Shown here: one piece after another, positions 53,279 through 63,083 of the stretch
Layout: every line of letters starts with the position of its first letter
Numbering within the stretch: position 1 is the first letter of the stretch
Assembly (NCBI GenBank): GCA_030017715.1
Contig: JASEIU010000001.1
Coordinates: forward strand, 782,276-846,275
Direction: 5' to 3'
DNA length: 64,000 nt
DNA from: Candidatus Saccharicenans sp.
GTDB lineage: Bacteria; Acidobacteriota; Aminicenantia; Aminicenantales; Saccharicenantaceae
The notes under the pieces: generated by a model
The model's database searches: none
What the model was told of the DNA's origin: nothing
The model's input: only the letters and a program-made list of their open reading frames with translations
Made by a program: the position numbers and the translations under genes

Positions 53279-55978
53279 TCAGGCTTTTTCCATTAGAAAT
53301 TCATACCTTCCCGATTCCACCCAGAAGACCGTCCGGTGGTCGAGCTCAGCCAGGGTAATGCCCAGGCCCGGGTCTTCGGCCACAAAATTTCCCTTTTCCC
53401 AGAAAAGCGTCCCGGATTCTTTGATGGTGCAGCTTGGCCAGAGAGGCGGAAAAACGAGCCGGGCTCTGGCGCCGACCGGAACTGCCAGACTCAGGCTGAA
53501 CTCGGAAGCGGTCCTTTTCCAGCTGAGGTTAATTTCTCCCTGGACCGTCACCAGAGAACAGCGAATTTCCTCCAGGCCGGGATAGGGTTTTACCTGGAAT
53601 ACCCCCCAGCCCGGTTCCAGCGGTTCCAGCCCGGCCAGTCCCCGGTAAAACCAGGCGTCGACGCTGCCGAACATGGCATGGTTGTGAGAATTCATGCCCT
53701 GGCCGGTGAGTTTTTCCCATCTTTCCCAGAGGCTGGTAGCACCTTCTTTGACCATGTGGCCCCAGCCGGGATAAGAATCCTGGAGGACAATTTTCAGGGC
53801 CACATCCTGCAATCCGAATTTGTTCAGCACCTCAAAGAGAAATCGGGTGCCGATAACCCCGGTATCGGGGTGATAATCATGCCGGATGGTCAGGGCATCC
53901 AGCAGGCTTTTCAGAACTTCTTCTGTCCTGTCTTCGGGAACAAGGTCCAGAAGAAGCGGCAACAGGTTGGCCGTCTGGTCCGGGAACCTGTCCACCGGTC
54001 CCTGGCGCAGGGCTTTGTATTGTTTCTCTTCCAGGTAGGCCCGGTTGAAGGCTGATTTTATCTTTTCAGCCAGCTCGGCATATTCCTTAGATTCTTCTTT
54101 TCTTCCGACCAGCTGGCAGATTTCGGCAAAAATCCTTACGTCGTGATAGTAGAACCAGGTGGCCACCAGTTCCAGCGGGGTTTTCTTGGGGACCAGGCCA
54201 CCCGGCTGGCACCAGTCGCCGTACTTTCCCAGGGTGAGCTGCAGGTTGCCGGTGGCTTTTTGCTTCAGGAAATCGATGTAATTCTTAAGGCTCTGGAAAT
54301 GTTTCCTCAGGATCTCCCGATCCCCGTAGAACCTGTAAAGATGCCAGCACAGGCTGATATAGGCCGAGCCCCAGGCCGGGTCGGCCGGGTAGACCGTCGG
54401 GTTATAAGGCGGGACAAAATCCGGCAGGCTGCCGTCTTCCTTCTGGGCCTGCCTGATTAAATTGAGGAAATGGGTATAAAAAGCGGCCAGGTCAAAGTTG
54501 CAGGAAGCGGCCTCGGCCGTGGCCAGAACGTCCCCCAGCCAGCCCTGACGTTCGTCTCGCTGGGGGCAATCGGTGGGAATGCTCATCAGGTTGGACCTCA
54601 AGCTGGTCAGGCAGCAGTCGTGGATTCTGTTTAATAGTTCGCTTGACGATTCAAATCGGCCGCAGCGGCCGACATCGCTGTGGATGAAGCAGGCTTCGAG
54701 CGTCTCTCCGTCGGGTGTGCCCGGGAAGCCCTCCAGCTCCACGTAGCGAAAACCATGGTAGGTAAAATTCGGCTCGTAGGTTTCCTTCCCTTCGCCCTTC
54801 AGGATGTAAATATCGGTAGCCCTGGCCCGGTCGCAGGTGGCCTGGTTCAGGCGGCCATCGGGCTGAAGAAGTTCGCCGTAGCGAAGCTGCACCTGGCTGC
54901 CGGCCGGTCCGCTGACCTTCAGCCTGGCCCAGCCTGAGATGTTGCGCCCGAAATCAAAAACATACCTGCCCCCCTCCGCCGGCCAGATGCTGACCGGCTT
55001 CAGGCGTTCGGTAATTCTTATGGGCGGGATATTCTGTGCGGCCGGCGGGGGCCCGGAAACGGCCACCGCCTTTTTCCAGCCGGAGTCGTCGAAACCCGGC
55101 TCGGCCCAACCCGGCTGTTCCAGGCGGGCGTCATAGTTTTCGCCGTAATAGATTCCATTTTCTCTGACCGGGCCGCCTGAAACTTTCCAGCTCTCGTTGC
55201 TGGTAATTGTGTCCAGCCCGCCCTTTTCATAATAGATTTCCATCCGGAAAAGCAATTTCGGCTGTCCGTAGCCGTACTTCTGGATGTGACGTCCGTTTCC
55301 CAGGACAACTCCCACGGCATTCTGCTCCCGGATGAGGTCGGTGACTTCGTAGGCTGAATAAAGAGCAACTTTGTTGTAATCAGACCAGCCCGGGTCGAGC
55401 ACCCGGTCGCCGATTTTCTGACCGTTCAGATAGAGATGATAATGGCCGAGCCCGCTGATATATATCATGGCTCTGGTGGCCCGGTCGCGGCTCTTGAATT
55501 CTTTCCGGAGGTAGATTCCCAGACACTGGATGTCCGGCGGTTCGTTTTGTCCCAGCAACACCGTGGCCGGGCCGGCGTAGGTCTCCGGGTCGGCCATGGT
55601 GATCCAGTTCGCCCGGAACTTTGAGCTGCCCATAAAGCCGGTGCCGAAGACGGCGAGGTCGCTGTACGGACTGACCTGGCCGGAAGTGTTCCACCAGCGG
55701 ACTCGCCAGTAATAGTTCTGGCAGCTCAGTAGTTCTTCGCCGCCGTAGGGGATATGAGTGGTTTCCTGGCTGCTGACCTTTCCGCTATCCCAGTAATCGC
55801 CCACTTCCTGCTCGCAGAAGACTCTTTCCGAGGCCACGATGATCTGATAGGCTGTCTGCTGGTCGCCCCGGATATCGCTTTTCAATTTCCAGAAGAACCG
55901 GGGCCGGGGAATCTCGATGAGTTGAGGTTCTTTGAGGTATTCGACTCTGAGGTCAAAGGGAGGATAAAGGGGCATCAT
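53279..55978 (-). CDS. Alpha-L-rhamnosidase (glycoside hydrolase family 78)
   Basis: 899 aa. Layout and conserved stretches (..ISGLGHYHLYLNGQKIGDRVLDPGWSDY.., (alpha/alpha)6 catalytic region ..DCPQRDERQGWLGD..) typical of bacterial GH78. Confidence 0.8.
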   Translation of the reverse strand: MMPLYPPFDLRVEYLKEPQLIEIPRPRFFWKLKSDIRGDQQTAYQIIVASERVFCEQEVGDYWDSGKVSSQETTHIPYGGEELLSCQNYYWRVRWWNTSGQVSPYSDLAVFGTGFMGSSKFRANWITMADPETYAGPATVLLGQNEPPDIQCLGIYLRKEFKSRDRATRAMIYISGLGHYHLYLNGQKIGDRVLDPGWSDYNKVALYSAYEVTDLIREQNAVGVVLGNGRHIQKYGYGQPKLLFRMEIYYEKGGLDTITSNESWKVSGGPVRENGIYYGENYDARLEQPGWAEPGFDDSGWKKAVAVSGPPPAAQNIPPIRITERLKPVSIWPAEGGRYVFDFGRNISGWARLKVSGPAGSQVQLRYGELLQPDGRLNQATCDRARATDIYILKGEGKETYEPNFTYHGFRYVELEGFPGTPDGETLEACFIHSDVGRCGRFESSSELLNRIHDCCLTSLRSNLMSIPTDCPQRDERQGWLGDVLATAEAASCNFDLAAFYTHFLNLIRQAQKEDGSLPDFVPPYNPTVYPADPAWGSAYISLCWHLYRFYGDREILRKHFQSLKNYIDFLKQKATGNLQLTLGKYGDWCQPGGLVPKKTPLELVATWFYYHDVRIFAEICQLVGRKEESKEYAELAEKIKSAFNRAYLEEKQYKALRQGPVDRFPDQTANLLPLLLDLVPEDRTEEVLKSLLDALTIRHDYHPDTGVIGTRFLFEVLNKFGLQDVALKIVLQDSYPGWGHMVKEGATSLWERWEKLTGQGMNSHNHAMFGSVDAWFYRGLAGLEPLEPGWGVFQVKPYPGLEEIRCSLVTVQGEINLSWKRTASEFSLSLAVPVGARARLVFPPLWPSCTIKESGTLFWEKGNFVAEDPGLGITLAELDHRTVFWVESGRYEFLMEKA

Positions 55979-56068
55979 TCTCTCCTGACTGTGTTATCAA
56001 CCGGCCGGTTCCTCTAAAACCGGCCAGAAAGTTTGGTCTTATGGCCGTCATCGCCTGTTTCCTTTAGA

Positions 56069-57520
56069 TTACATGGCCCGGACCAGGAAATAATCCGGGA
56101 CCTCCAGGCCGTAATCTTCGGGGTTGATCTCCTTGACTATAGTCCGTTTAAATTTTCTGGACTGGTGGTCAACCTCGCTCAGGTCGACCACCTGGCCGTC
56201 GATTTTCTGCCCCTGGCTGTCGACAATGATTTTAACTCTGGGCCGCAGCAGGAATCTGGTCTCCTGGTTGTTCTCCACCACCAGGCCGACCTCGCCGGTG
56301 CTCAGCAGCACCAGGGAGCCGACCGGGAAGATGCCCATCATCTGGACAAAAGTCTTGAGAATGACCGGGTTGAACTCAGTGCCGATGTTCTCCAGCATCA
56401 TACTCAGGGCTTGCGAACGGGTGAAGGTCTTTTTCCGGTAGACGCGCTTGGTGGTAATGGCGTCGAAGAAATCGCAGACCTTGACGATGCGACTGTAAAG
56501 GTTGATGTCGCTCTTTGTTTTGAGCCGGGGGTAACCGGTCAGGTCTTCCTTGATGTGGTGTTCCATGGCCACATGAATGGCGCTGACCGGCAGTCTTCGG
56601 AATTGACGCAGCTTGACCAATTTTTCGGCGCCCTGGTGGGGATGAAGCTCCATGATCTTTCTTTCGTCGTCGGTCAACTGGCCGGGCTTGTTGAGAATCT
56701 CCAGCGGGGTCTCAATCTTGCCCAGGTCGTGGAAAAAGGCGGCCAGGCCCAGGTCCACCAGCTCGGCCCTGGACAATCCCAGCCTCCGTCCCAGGGCTAC
56801 GGCCAGCAGGCTGACGTTGACCGAGTGATTGAGGGTGTATTCGTCATGATTTTTTATAGTGGTCAGACCGAGCAGAAAAGATTCGTTGTCCACCAGATGG
56901 TTGAAGATGGACTGGATAAGGCGGCGGGTGGTGTTAAGCCGGATTTGCTCATTTTCCCTGTTCCTTTCCGACACCTCCCGCAGGTGAAGGATGCTGAGGA
57001 AAAAGAGGCGGGCGGCGCTTTTCTCCGGACTGGGCAGTCTTTCTGATGCTTCCAGCTTTTCCAGCCTGACCCGCTCCACGTTCTGCTGGATCAGCTCGCT
57101 GACAATATCTTCAAAGGGAGTGGCCGAGCTCCTCTTCTGGCAGAGGATATTGACCGTCCGGAGAAGTTCATCCCGGTCCAGGTCGGCTTCAAATGTCAGC
57201 AAGCCGATTTCCCGCTTGCGAAATTCTTCCAGCAGGAACTTGAAAATCGGATAGTTGGCCAGGGAAAATTTTAGCCGGTTCTGGTTGAAGAAAATGGACT
57301 CGCGCTTGATTTTGAAACTGACTTCGGCCGAGGCCGCCTTCAGTTCCTGCAGGTTCTGGAAGAGCAGCTCGGTCTGTTCCTGGAGCAGCTCGTTATTTTC
57401 GGCATACAGCCTCAAAATCTTAAAAACGATGTAAAACCGGATCAGAAAATTTATGGCCAGTTTCTGCAGTCCTGAGCCGGTGGCCTGTTTTTCTTCCGGT
57501 GGTAGTTTTTCCTCGCTCAT
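56069..57520 (-). CDS. HD-GYP domain phosphodiesterase (putative c-di-GMP hydrolase) with N-terminal sensor-like domain
   Basis: 483 aa. ..AAFFHDLGKIETP..GQLTDDERKIMELHPHQG..AMEHHIKEDLTGYPR gives HD..GYP motifs. Confidence 0.8.
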   Translation of the reverse strand: MSEEKLPPEEKQATGSGLQKLAINFLIRFYIVFKILRLYAENNELLQEQTELLFQNLQELKAASAEVSFKIKRESIFFNQNRLKFSLANYPIFKFLLEEFRKREIGLLTFEADLDRDELLRTVNILCQKRSSATPFEDIVSELIQQNVERVRLEKLEASERLPSPEKSAARLFFLSILHLREVSERNRENEQIRLNTTRRLIQSIFNHLVDNESFLLGLTTIKNHDEYTLNHSVNVSLLAVALGRRLGLSRAELVDLGLAAFFHDLGKIETPLEILNKPGQLTDDERKIMELHPHQGAEKLVKLRQFRRLPVSAIHVAMEHHIKEDLTGYPRLKTKSDINLYSRIVKVCDFFDAITTKRVYRKKTFTRSQALSMMLENIGTEFNPVILKTFVQMMGIFPVGSLVLLSTGEVGLVVENNQETRFLLRPRVKIIVDSQGQKIDGQVVDLSEVDHQSRKFKRTIVKEINPEDYGLEVPDYFLVRAM

Positions 57521-57534
57521 TTCTTATCCGCCTC

Positions 57535-59403
57535 TTATCTTCCCCCGGTTAACCTGGCCAGAGCCTGGCTGCTTGCTTCCCGGACCCTCCGGTTCAGGAA
57601 TTTTTCCCCGCGGCGCAGGAGCTCCACAGCTTCGGGGCTGCGGTTAGCTTCCAGTCCGGCCAGGGCGCACAGCCTGAGCTCGGTGGCCACCGGCAGCCAG
57701 GATTTCTTCAGGTACATCCGGCGCAAAAAATTAAAGGCCTCGGGGTTGCGGCTCCGGCCGAGAAATTCGAACAGAGCCTTTTTTTCTTCAAAAGGTTTTT
57801 GCCGGAAAGCCCGGCTGCCGGCCTCCCTTATCAACTGGCTGAGGCGGCTGGCGTCACCCAGGTACTTCAGGCTTTCGGTGGCTTTGAGCCGAACCTCCGG
57901 GTGGCGGTCGTTCATGAAGCCCAGCAGGATCCGGTTGGCCATTTCGTCCTGGAAGGTGCCCAGGGCTTCTATGGCTTTAATTTTCAAGCCGGCGTCGGCA
58001 ATCGTCAGGAAATTGCTGAACTGGGGAATTATTTTCGGACAGGACAATTCCTTCATCAGCTCAATCACTGCGGCGGTCAGGGCCGGCTTCTGGTCGTCAA
58101 TAAAGATAGAGGCCAGGGCCGGATTTTCGAGCAGTTTGCTCCGGACCAGGTTCCGGACCTTTTCCCTGAATTCCGGGTGGTCGATTTTCTCGTAGAGTTC
58201 GCCCAGGAAGGGCAGGGCTCTCTGGCCGAACTGATTCAGGTAATCAAACAGGGCCAGGTAGTTGAATTCAATTTTCTGGTCAACCAGTTTCCTGATTTCA
58301 TCCAGGATCTGCAAACTGCTGCAACTGGCGGCAAAGGCCTCCAGACCCGGGAGTTTTTCTGGCTGGTCACCGGCCACCAGCTCTTTGAGCTCTCTTATTT
58401 TCTTATCCAGCAGAATCGGAATCTCAAAACGGCCGGCCTTGATGCTTTCCTGATAAAAGTCCCTGAGAATGTCCAGGTTGACCTGATACTGCTGCGGGTC
58501 TTTTTCCAGGGCCAGGATCTCCATCATCAGGTTAAGGAATTCTTCTTCCGGCGAAAGATGGCGGTTTCTCTCGACCAACCGGTTAAGGAACTCCATTTCC
58601 TCCGGGCTGAGGTCCACCCGGTCGGCCAGGTCGCCGGCAGCTTTTGGCCGCTCGGGAGTAACCACCTCATTTTCTGGCTGACTTTCCGGTTCACCTTCGT
58701 CCAGACTGAGGGTTTGCTGCCAGGTTTCCGGCAGGTCGGGTAATTCCTGATCCTCAAATGTTTCCAGAGCCTGTTTCTCTTCGGGGCGGAGTTCCAGCTT
58801 TCCAGAAAAAATCTTTTCCGGGTCGACCTTGATCTCCACTGTCCGTCCGGCCAGTTCCTGCGGTATTATCTGTAGCCCTTTCTTGTTCAGGCTTTCGGCT
58901 CGTTCTTCCAGGATCCGGTTTTCGATGAATTCTTCCGGGGCATAATACTGGACGTTGGCCAGGTCTTTCAGCCACAGGGCGTTGACCAGGTCGGATTCTT
59001 CGGCCGGTTTGGCCGACTCCGACCGCACCAGTTCCAGAAACTCGCCGATTTCCTGTTCATCCATTCCCTGGTAAAGGGCCAGCACCCGCAGCCCGTCTTT
59101 GTAGAAAAAGAAAGGCAGGCTCTTGCTGGAGATCTCATCCTGGTAGACGGGCTTGCCCTGGCAGTAGAAAGCGAATTCGCCTATTTCCAGCTCCAGTTTC
59201 TGAAACTGGTCAAGATAAGCTTTGAGTTTGGATATGAAATCCTGCCTGAAGTGAACGGCCGAGGCGTGGTGAGAAGGGAAAATCTTCAGGGCGGAAATGG
59301 TATTGGCCAGGGCCAGTACCACTTCTCTGGCTTTCTGAAAGGCCAGAGCTTCATATTCCTGCTCGGACAGGACCTGATTGCCTTTCTTGATTTCGGAATC
59401 CAT
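57535..59403 (-). CDS. HEAT-repeat (PBS-lyase-like) domain protein
   Basis: 622 aa. C-terminal third is repeated ..A..ALG..G...A...L..LL.D..VR..A helices typical of HEAT/PBS lyase repeats. N-terminal two thirds are acidic with no recognised domain. Confidence 0.6.
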   Translation of the reverse strand: MDSEIKKGNQVLSEQEYEALAFQKAREVVLALANTISALKIFPSHHASAVHFRQDFISKLKAYLDQFQKLELEIGEFAFYCQGKPVYQDEISSKSLPFFFYKDGLRVLALYQGMDEQEIGEFLELVRSESAKPAEESDLVNALWLKDLANVQYYAPEEFIENRILEERAESLNKKGLQIIPQELAGRTVEIKVDPEKIFSGKLELRPEEKQALETFEDQELPDLPETWQQTLSLDEGEPESQPENEVVTPERPKAAGDLADRVDLSPEEMEFLNRLVERNRHLSPEEEFLNLMMEILALEKDPQQYQVNLDILRDFYQESIKAGRFEIPILLDKKIRELKELVAGDQPEKLPGLEAFAASCSSLQILDEIRKLVDQKIEFNYLALFDYLNQFGQRALPFLGELYEKIDHPEFREKVRNLVRSKLLENPALASIFIDDQKPALTAAVIELMKELSCPKIIPQFSNFLTIADAGLKIKAIEALGTFQDEMANRILLGFMNDRHPEVRLKATESLKYLGDASRLSQLIREAGSRAFRQKPFEEKKALFEFLGRSRNPEAFNFLRRMYLKKSWLPVATELRLCALAGLEANRSPEAVELLRRGEKFLNRRVREASSQALARLTGGR

Positions 59404-59471
59404 TGTTTGAAGTCAGGCATAGTTTAATTCAGCTATGAAAAAATAGTCAAATGGCTTATGAGGGGATAGGG

Positions 59472-60785
59472 TCAGCGCTGACTCAGCACCTGTTCCTCGT
59501 AGTCCTTAACCTCGGCCAGCCACATGTTTTCGGGCGGGACGTTGTGGTTCAAACAGTAATAATCCCAGACCGCTCCCAGCGGCAGGTCGCGGGCCATCTG
59601 CCTCCAGGTCAGCTTGGTCAGGCTTTCTCCGGCCAGCTCGGCCTGTTTGATCCTTTCCCGAGGAAGAAGCAGGGCCCGGAGCAGGCTGCGCAGGGTGGAC
59701 CTGGCCCCCAGGACCCAGGCTCCGACCCGGTTCAGCGAGGCGTCGAAGTAATCCAGGGCCAGGTGAATCTTTTCCGGGAAGGAGGAGTTGACAATTTCCT
59801 CGGCCAGGGTGTCCAGCTCGTCATTTCCGATAACCACGTGGTCGCTGTCCCAGCGCAGACCGCGGCTGAGGTGGAGAAGCAGTTCGCTGCTGACCTGAAG
59901 AATGGCCGACAGCTTGTCAGCCACCGATTCGGTCGGGTGGAAATGACCCAGGTCCAGACAGACCATTTTTCCCTTCTTCAGGGCGTAAGCCAGGTAGAAT
60001 TCATGGGAGCCGACCACGAAGGCCTCGCTGCCCAGTCCGAAGAGCTTGCTTTCCAGCGAGTCCTTGAGCAGTGTCTGGGAGAATTCCAGCTCAAAGATTT
60101 CTTCCAGGGAATCATAAAGGAGCTGGCGGTAAAGCCAGCGGTCGGATGGTATATCCTTCAGGCCGTCCGGAATCCAGAGGTTATGTATGGAATAGGACTT
60201 CAGCTCCCGGCCAAAAAAAGCGGCAATCTTGCGGCAGCACCTGACATGCTCGATCCAGAACTTTCTGACTTCTTTCCGGGGGTGGCTCAGGGTCAGACCC
60301 GAAGCCGCTTTGGGATGGTTGAAGCAGGTGGCGTTAAAATCCAGCTTAAGGTTCAGGGTTTTGGCCCAGTCCAGCCAGCTCCGGAAATGTGATGGTTCAT
60401 ATTCATTGCGCTCGACCGGCCCGTTGAATTCACCGTAGATGGAATGGAGGTTGACCCGGTGCCGCCCCGGTATCAGCGACAGGGCTTTTTCCAGGTCCTG
60501 GCGGAGCTCAATCGCATTTCTGGCCCGGCCTGGATAGTTTCCGGTGACCTGCAGGCCCGATCCCTCAAAGTTGATTTCCTGCCACTCAAAGCCCTGGACG
60601 TCGTCCCCCTGCCAGCAATGAATGCTGACCTGGAATTTCTGCAGTTCTTCCAGAGCCTTCTCGGTATCAATGCCCAGCTCGCCATATTTTTCCCGGGCTT
60701 CCCGGTAAAGTTTATCAACTACGGTCAAATCCATTATCAACCCTCCAGATGATGATTTTTTATAATTTTGGGGCTCCGGTGTCAA
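59472..60785 (-). CDS. rhaA: L-rhamnose isomerase
   Basis: 437 aa. ..VSIHCWQGDDVQGFE..VTGNYPGRARNAIELRQDLEKALSLIPG..LHSIY..LDLGHFHPTE..RWDSDHVV..LDYFDAS align along the full length with E. coli RhaA. Confidence 0.88.
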   Translation of the reverse strand: MTPEPQNYKKSSSGGLIMDLTVVDKLYREAREKYGELGIDTEKALEELQKFQVSIHCWQGDDVQGFEWQEINFEGSGLQVTGNYPGRARNAIELRQDLEKALSLIPGRHRVNLHSIYGEFNGPVERNEYEPSHFRSWLDWAKTLNLKLDFNATCFNHPKAASGLTLSHPRKEVRKFWIEHVRCCRKIAAFFGRELKSYSIHNLWIPDGLKDIPSDRWLYRQLLYDSLEEIFELEFSQTLLKDSLESKLFGLGSEAFVVGSHEFYLAYALKKGKMVCLDLGHFHPTESVADKLSAILQVSSELLLHLSRGLRWDSDHVVIGNDELDTLAEEIVNSSFPEKIHLALDYFDASLNRVGAWVLGARSTLRSLLRALLLPRERIKQAELAGESLTKLTWRQMARDLPLGAVWDYYCLNHNVPPENMWLAEVKDYEEQVLSQR

Positions 60786-60804
60786 GACCGCCGGTCGAAA
60801 TTGC

Positions 60805-62277
60805 TCATTTTAAGCCGGTGACCCGGAGAAAATCCTGGTAACGTTCGGACCAGAATTCGGGGTGCAGGGGGGCGAATTCTTTTATTTCAAAAGAGCGCCT
60901 GACCACCTCTCTTATTTCCTGTCGGTCGGTCAGGGTTTCCGCGGCCAGGGCCTGGACCAGGATATTGCCGGCCGAAGTGGCTTCATCCGGTCCGGCCAGC
61001 ACCCGCAGTCCGGTGGCTTCGGCGGTGAACTGGTTGAGCAAATGGTTGCGCGAACCCCCTCCAATCAGGTGAATGGTTCTGAATTTCCGGCCGGTCAACC
61101 GGCTGAGTTCTTCCACCACCAGCCGGCTCTTGAAGGCCAGACTCTCCAGAATGGCTCTGACCGTGGTCCCGATGCCGTCGGGTTCTCTCTGGCCGGTCTT
61201 CCGGGCATAGGCCTTTATGGCCGTAACCATATTGTCCGGGTTGAGAAACTCGGGGGCATCCGGGTCAAGGTAGAATTGAAAGGGCCGGGCGGCTGAGGCC
61301 ATTTCCACCAGTTGGTCATAATGCAGGTCCCGGTTTCTGGCCCAGACCTTGCGACATTGCTGCAGCGGCCAGAGTCCGGTGACGTTCTTGAGGAAGCGGA
61401 TGGTACGTCCCAGCCCGCTCTCGTTGGTGAAATTGGCGGCCAAAGAGTCGCCGGTTATCACTGGCTCCGGCAGTTCCACTCCGACCAGCGACCAGGTGCC
61501 GCAGCTGATGTACAGCCAGTCTTCACCCCGGCCGGGGGCGGCGGCCACGGCTGAAGCCGTGTCATGGCTGGCCACCTGGACCACTTCAATGGCCGGAGCT
61601 CCATCTTTCACCAACCAGTCGGAAATTTTACCCAGGTTGGTTCCGGGCTGGTTGATCTCGGGCAGGATTCCGGATGGAATCCCCATTCTTTCCAGAAGCT
61701 CAGGTACCCAGCTTCGACTGACAGGCGACAGTATCTGCGAGGTGGAAGCGATGGTCAGCTCGGTAACCTTCTTCCCGGTCAGCAGATAATTGATCAGGTC
61801 CGGGGTAAAAAGCAACTTCCGGGCAGCTTTAATTATTCCCGGATTCTCTTCAAGGTAACAGTAGAGCTGGAAGAGCGAGTTGAACGGAAGGAACTGAATT
61901 CCAGTCAGCCGGTAAAGCTCATCGCCGGAAAAATTCTTAAAATATCTCTCCATGGCTGCCGGGAACGACCGGTGACGGTAACAATAGGGAAGGGTGAGCA
62001 GGTTGCCCCGCTCGTCCAGCAGGCCGAAGTCAACTCCCCAGGTATCCACTCCCAGGCTGGCCACCTCCAGTCCGTTCCGACAGCAATCCTTGAGGACCTT
62101 CCTGATTTCTTCGAAAAGGTAATAGAGGTTCCAGTGCCAGCGGTTTTCGAGGAGAATGGTTTTGTTCGGGAAGCGGTGAATTTCCTTCAGTGTCAGGCGG
62201 CCGGCCTCGAGCCGGCCCAGCATGGCCCGGCCGCTTTCGGCGCCCAGATCAAAAGCCAGGAACTGATCGGGTTTCAT
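60805..62277 (-). CDS. rhaB: Rhamnulokinase (FGGY carbohydrate kinase)
   Basis: 490 aa. N-terminal FLAFDLGAESGRAML..GVDTWGVDFGLLD and the FGGY family pattern. Confidence 0.85.
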   Translation of the reverse strand: MKPDQFLAFDLGAESGRAMLGRLEAGRLTLKEIHRFPNKTILLENRWHWNLYYLFEEIRKVLKDCCRNGLEVASLGVDTWGVDFGLLDERGNLLTLPYCYRHRSFPAAMERYFKNFSGDELYRLTGIQFLPFNSLFQLYCYLEENPGIIKAARKLLFTPDLINYLLTGKKVTELTIASTSQILSPVSRSWVPELLERMGIPSGILPEINQPGTNLGKISDWLVKDGAPAIEVVQVASHDTASAVAAAPGRGEDWLYISCGTWSLVGVELPEPVITGDSLAANFTNESGLGRTIRFLKNVTGLWPLQQCRKVWARNRDLHYDQLVEMASAARPFQFYLDPDAPEFLNPDNMVTAIKAYARKTGQREPDGIGTTVRAILESLAFKSRLVVEELSRLTGRKFRTIHLIGGGSRNHLLNQFTAEATGLRVLAGPDEATSAGNILVQALAAETLTDRQEIREVVRRSFEIKEFAPLHPEFWSERYQDFLRVTGLK

Positions 62278-62583
62278 CAGTCTGCCTTTCGCTCAATTTT
62301 TCCGAGAAAGTAATTTTAACCGCATTGGGCCGGAATAATCCAGCTCCGGGCTCTCATTTTTTTGAAATGGAAAGTTTCAATTGGAAGCGCTGACCGCCCG
62401 AGGGCCTGAATTTTCGAGCCCGACCCGGTGCGGCGGAGATGTCTTTTTATATCCGGTGATCTGCCGGCTGGAAGATGCTTATGTTGTCATATCCGGATTT
62501 GAAAAACCGGTGGAGCGATTAATTGTAGCCCCCTTTTTGAAACCACGCTCCGGATAGTTTATATTAAGGAAAGGAAGCAGACT

Positions 62584-63003
62584 ATGAAAATCATTCAGAA
62601 TGAAATTACTGTCTCCACCCGTGGTCACAACGATATCAAGGACCTCACTCCCGAGGTGCAGCGTCAGCTTCAGGCCAGCGGCCTTCGTGAAGGGCAGGCG
62701 CTGGTTTTTGTTCAGGGTTCCACCGCCGGAGTGACCACCATCGAGTACGAGCCGGGGCTGGTTCAGGACCTGTCGGAACTGCTGGAAAAACTGGTGCCGC
62801 AGAACCGAAGCTACCATCATGACCAGCGCTGGGGCGACGCCAACGGTTTTTCTCATCTGAGAGCCTCTCTTTTTGGGCCGTCGCTTCAGGTTCCTTTTTC
62901 CGGCGGCCGGTTAAGGCTGGGCACCTGGCAGCAGATTATCCTGGTTGATTTTGACAACCGGCCGCGAACCAGGAATATTCTTCTGCAGTTTCTGGGTGAA
63001 TAG
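62584..63003 (+). CDS. yjbQ: YjbQ family (UPF0047) secondary thiamine-phosphate synthase-like protein
   Basis: 139 aa. ..ISVSTRGHNDIKDLT..GTWQQIILVDFDNRPRTRNI match YjbQ. Confidence 0.8.
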   Translation: MKIIQNEITVSTRGHNDIKDLTPEVQRQLQASGLREGQALVFVQGSTAGVTTIEYEPGLVQDLSELLEKLVPQNRSYHHDQRWGDANGFSHLRASLFGPSLQVPFSGGRLRLGTWQQIILVDFDNRPRTRNILLQFLGE

Positions 63004-63083
63004 CCGTCGGCCGAAATTTTCCCGTGACCGGGCTGTCGGGGGGATGATAATCTCGGCCGATGGAGTATAATTAGATAAACAAA

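Noticed and set aside
53529-53720. Small ORFs inside and antisense to the GH78 gene and others (e.g. 53253..53585, 53336..54055)
   Set aside because: Overlap a long, well-supported CDS on the opposite strand or in another frame. No independent evidence.
62278-62583. TPP or other riboswitch upstream of yjbQ
   Set aside because: A GGAGCG..CGCUCC hairpin exists but no CUGAGA/ACCUGAUCUGGAUAAUGCCAGCG TPP-riboswitch core. More likely ordinary divergent promoter DNA.
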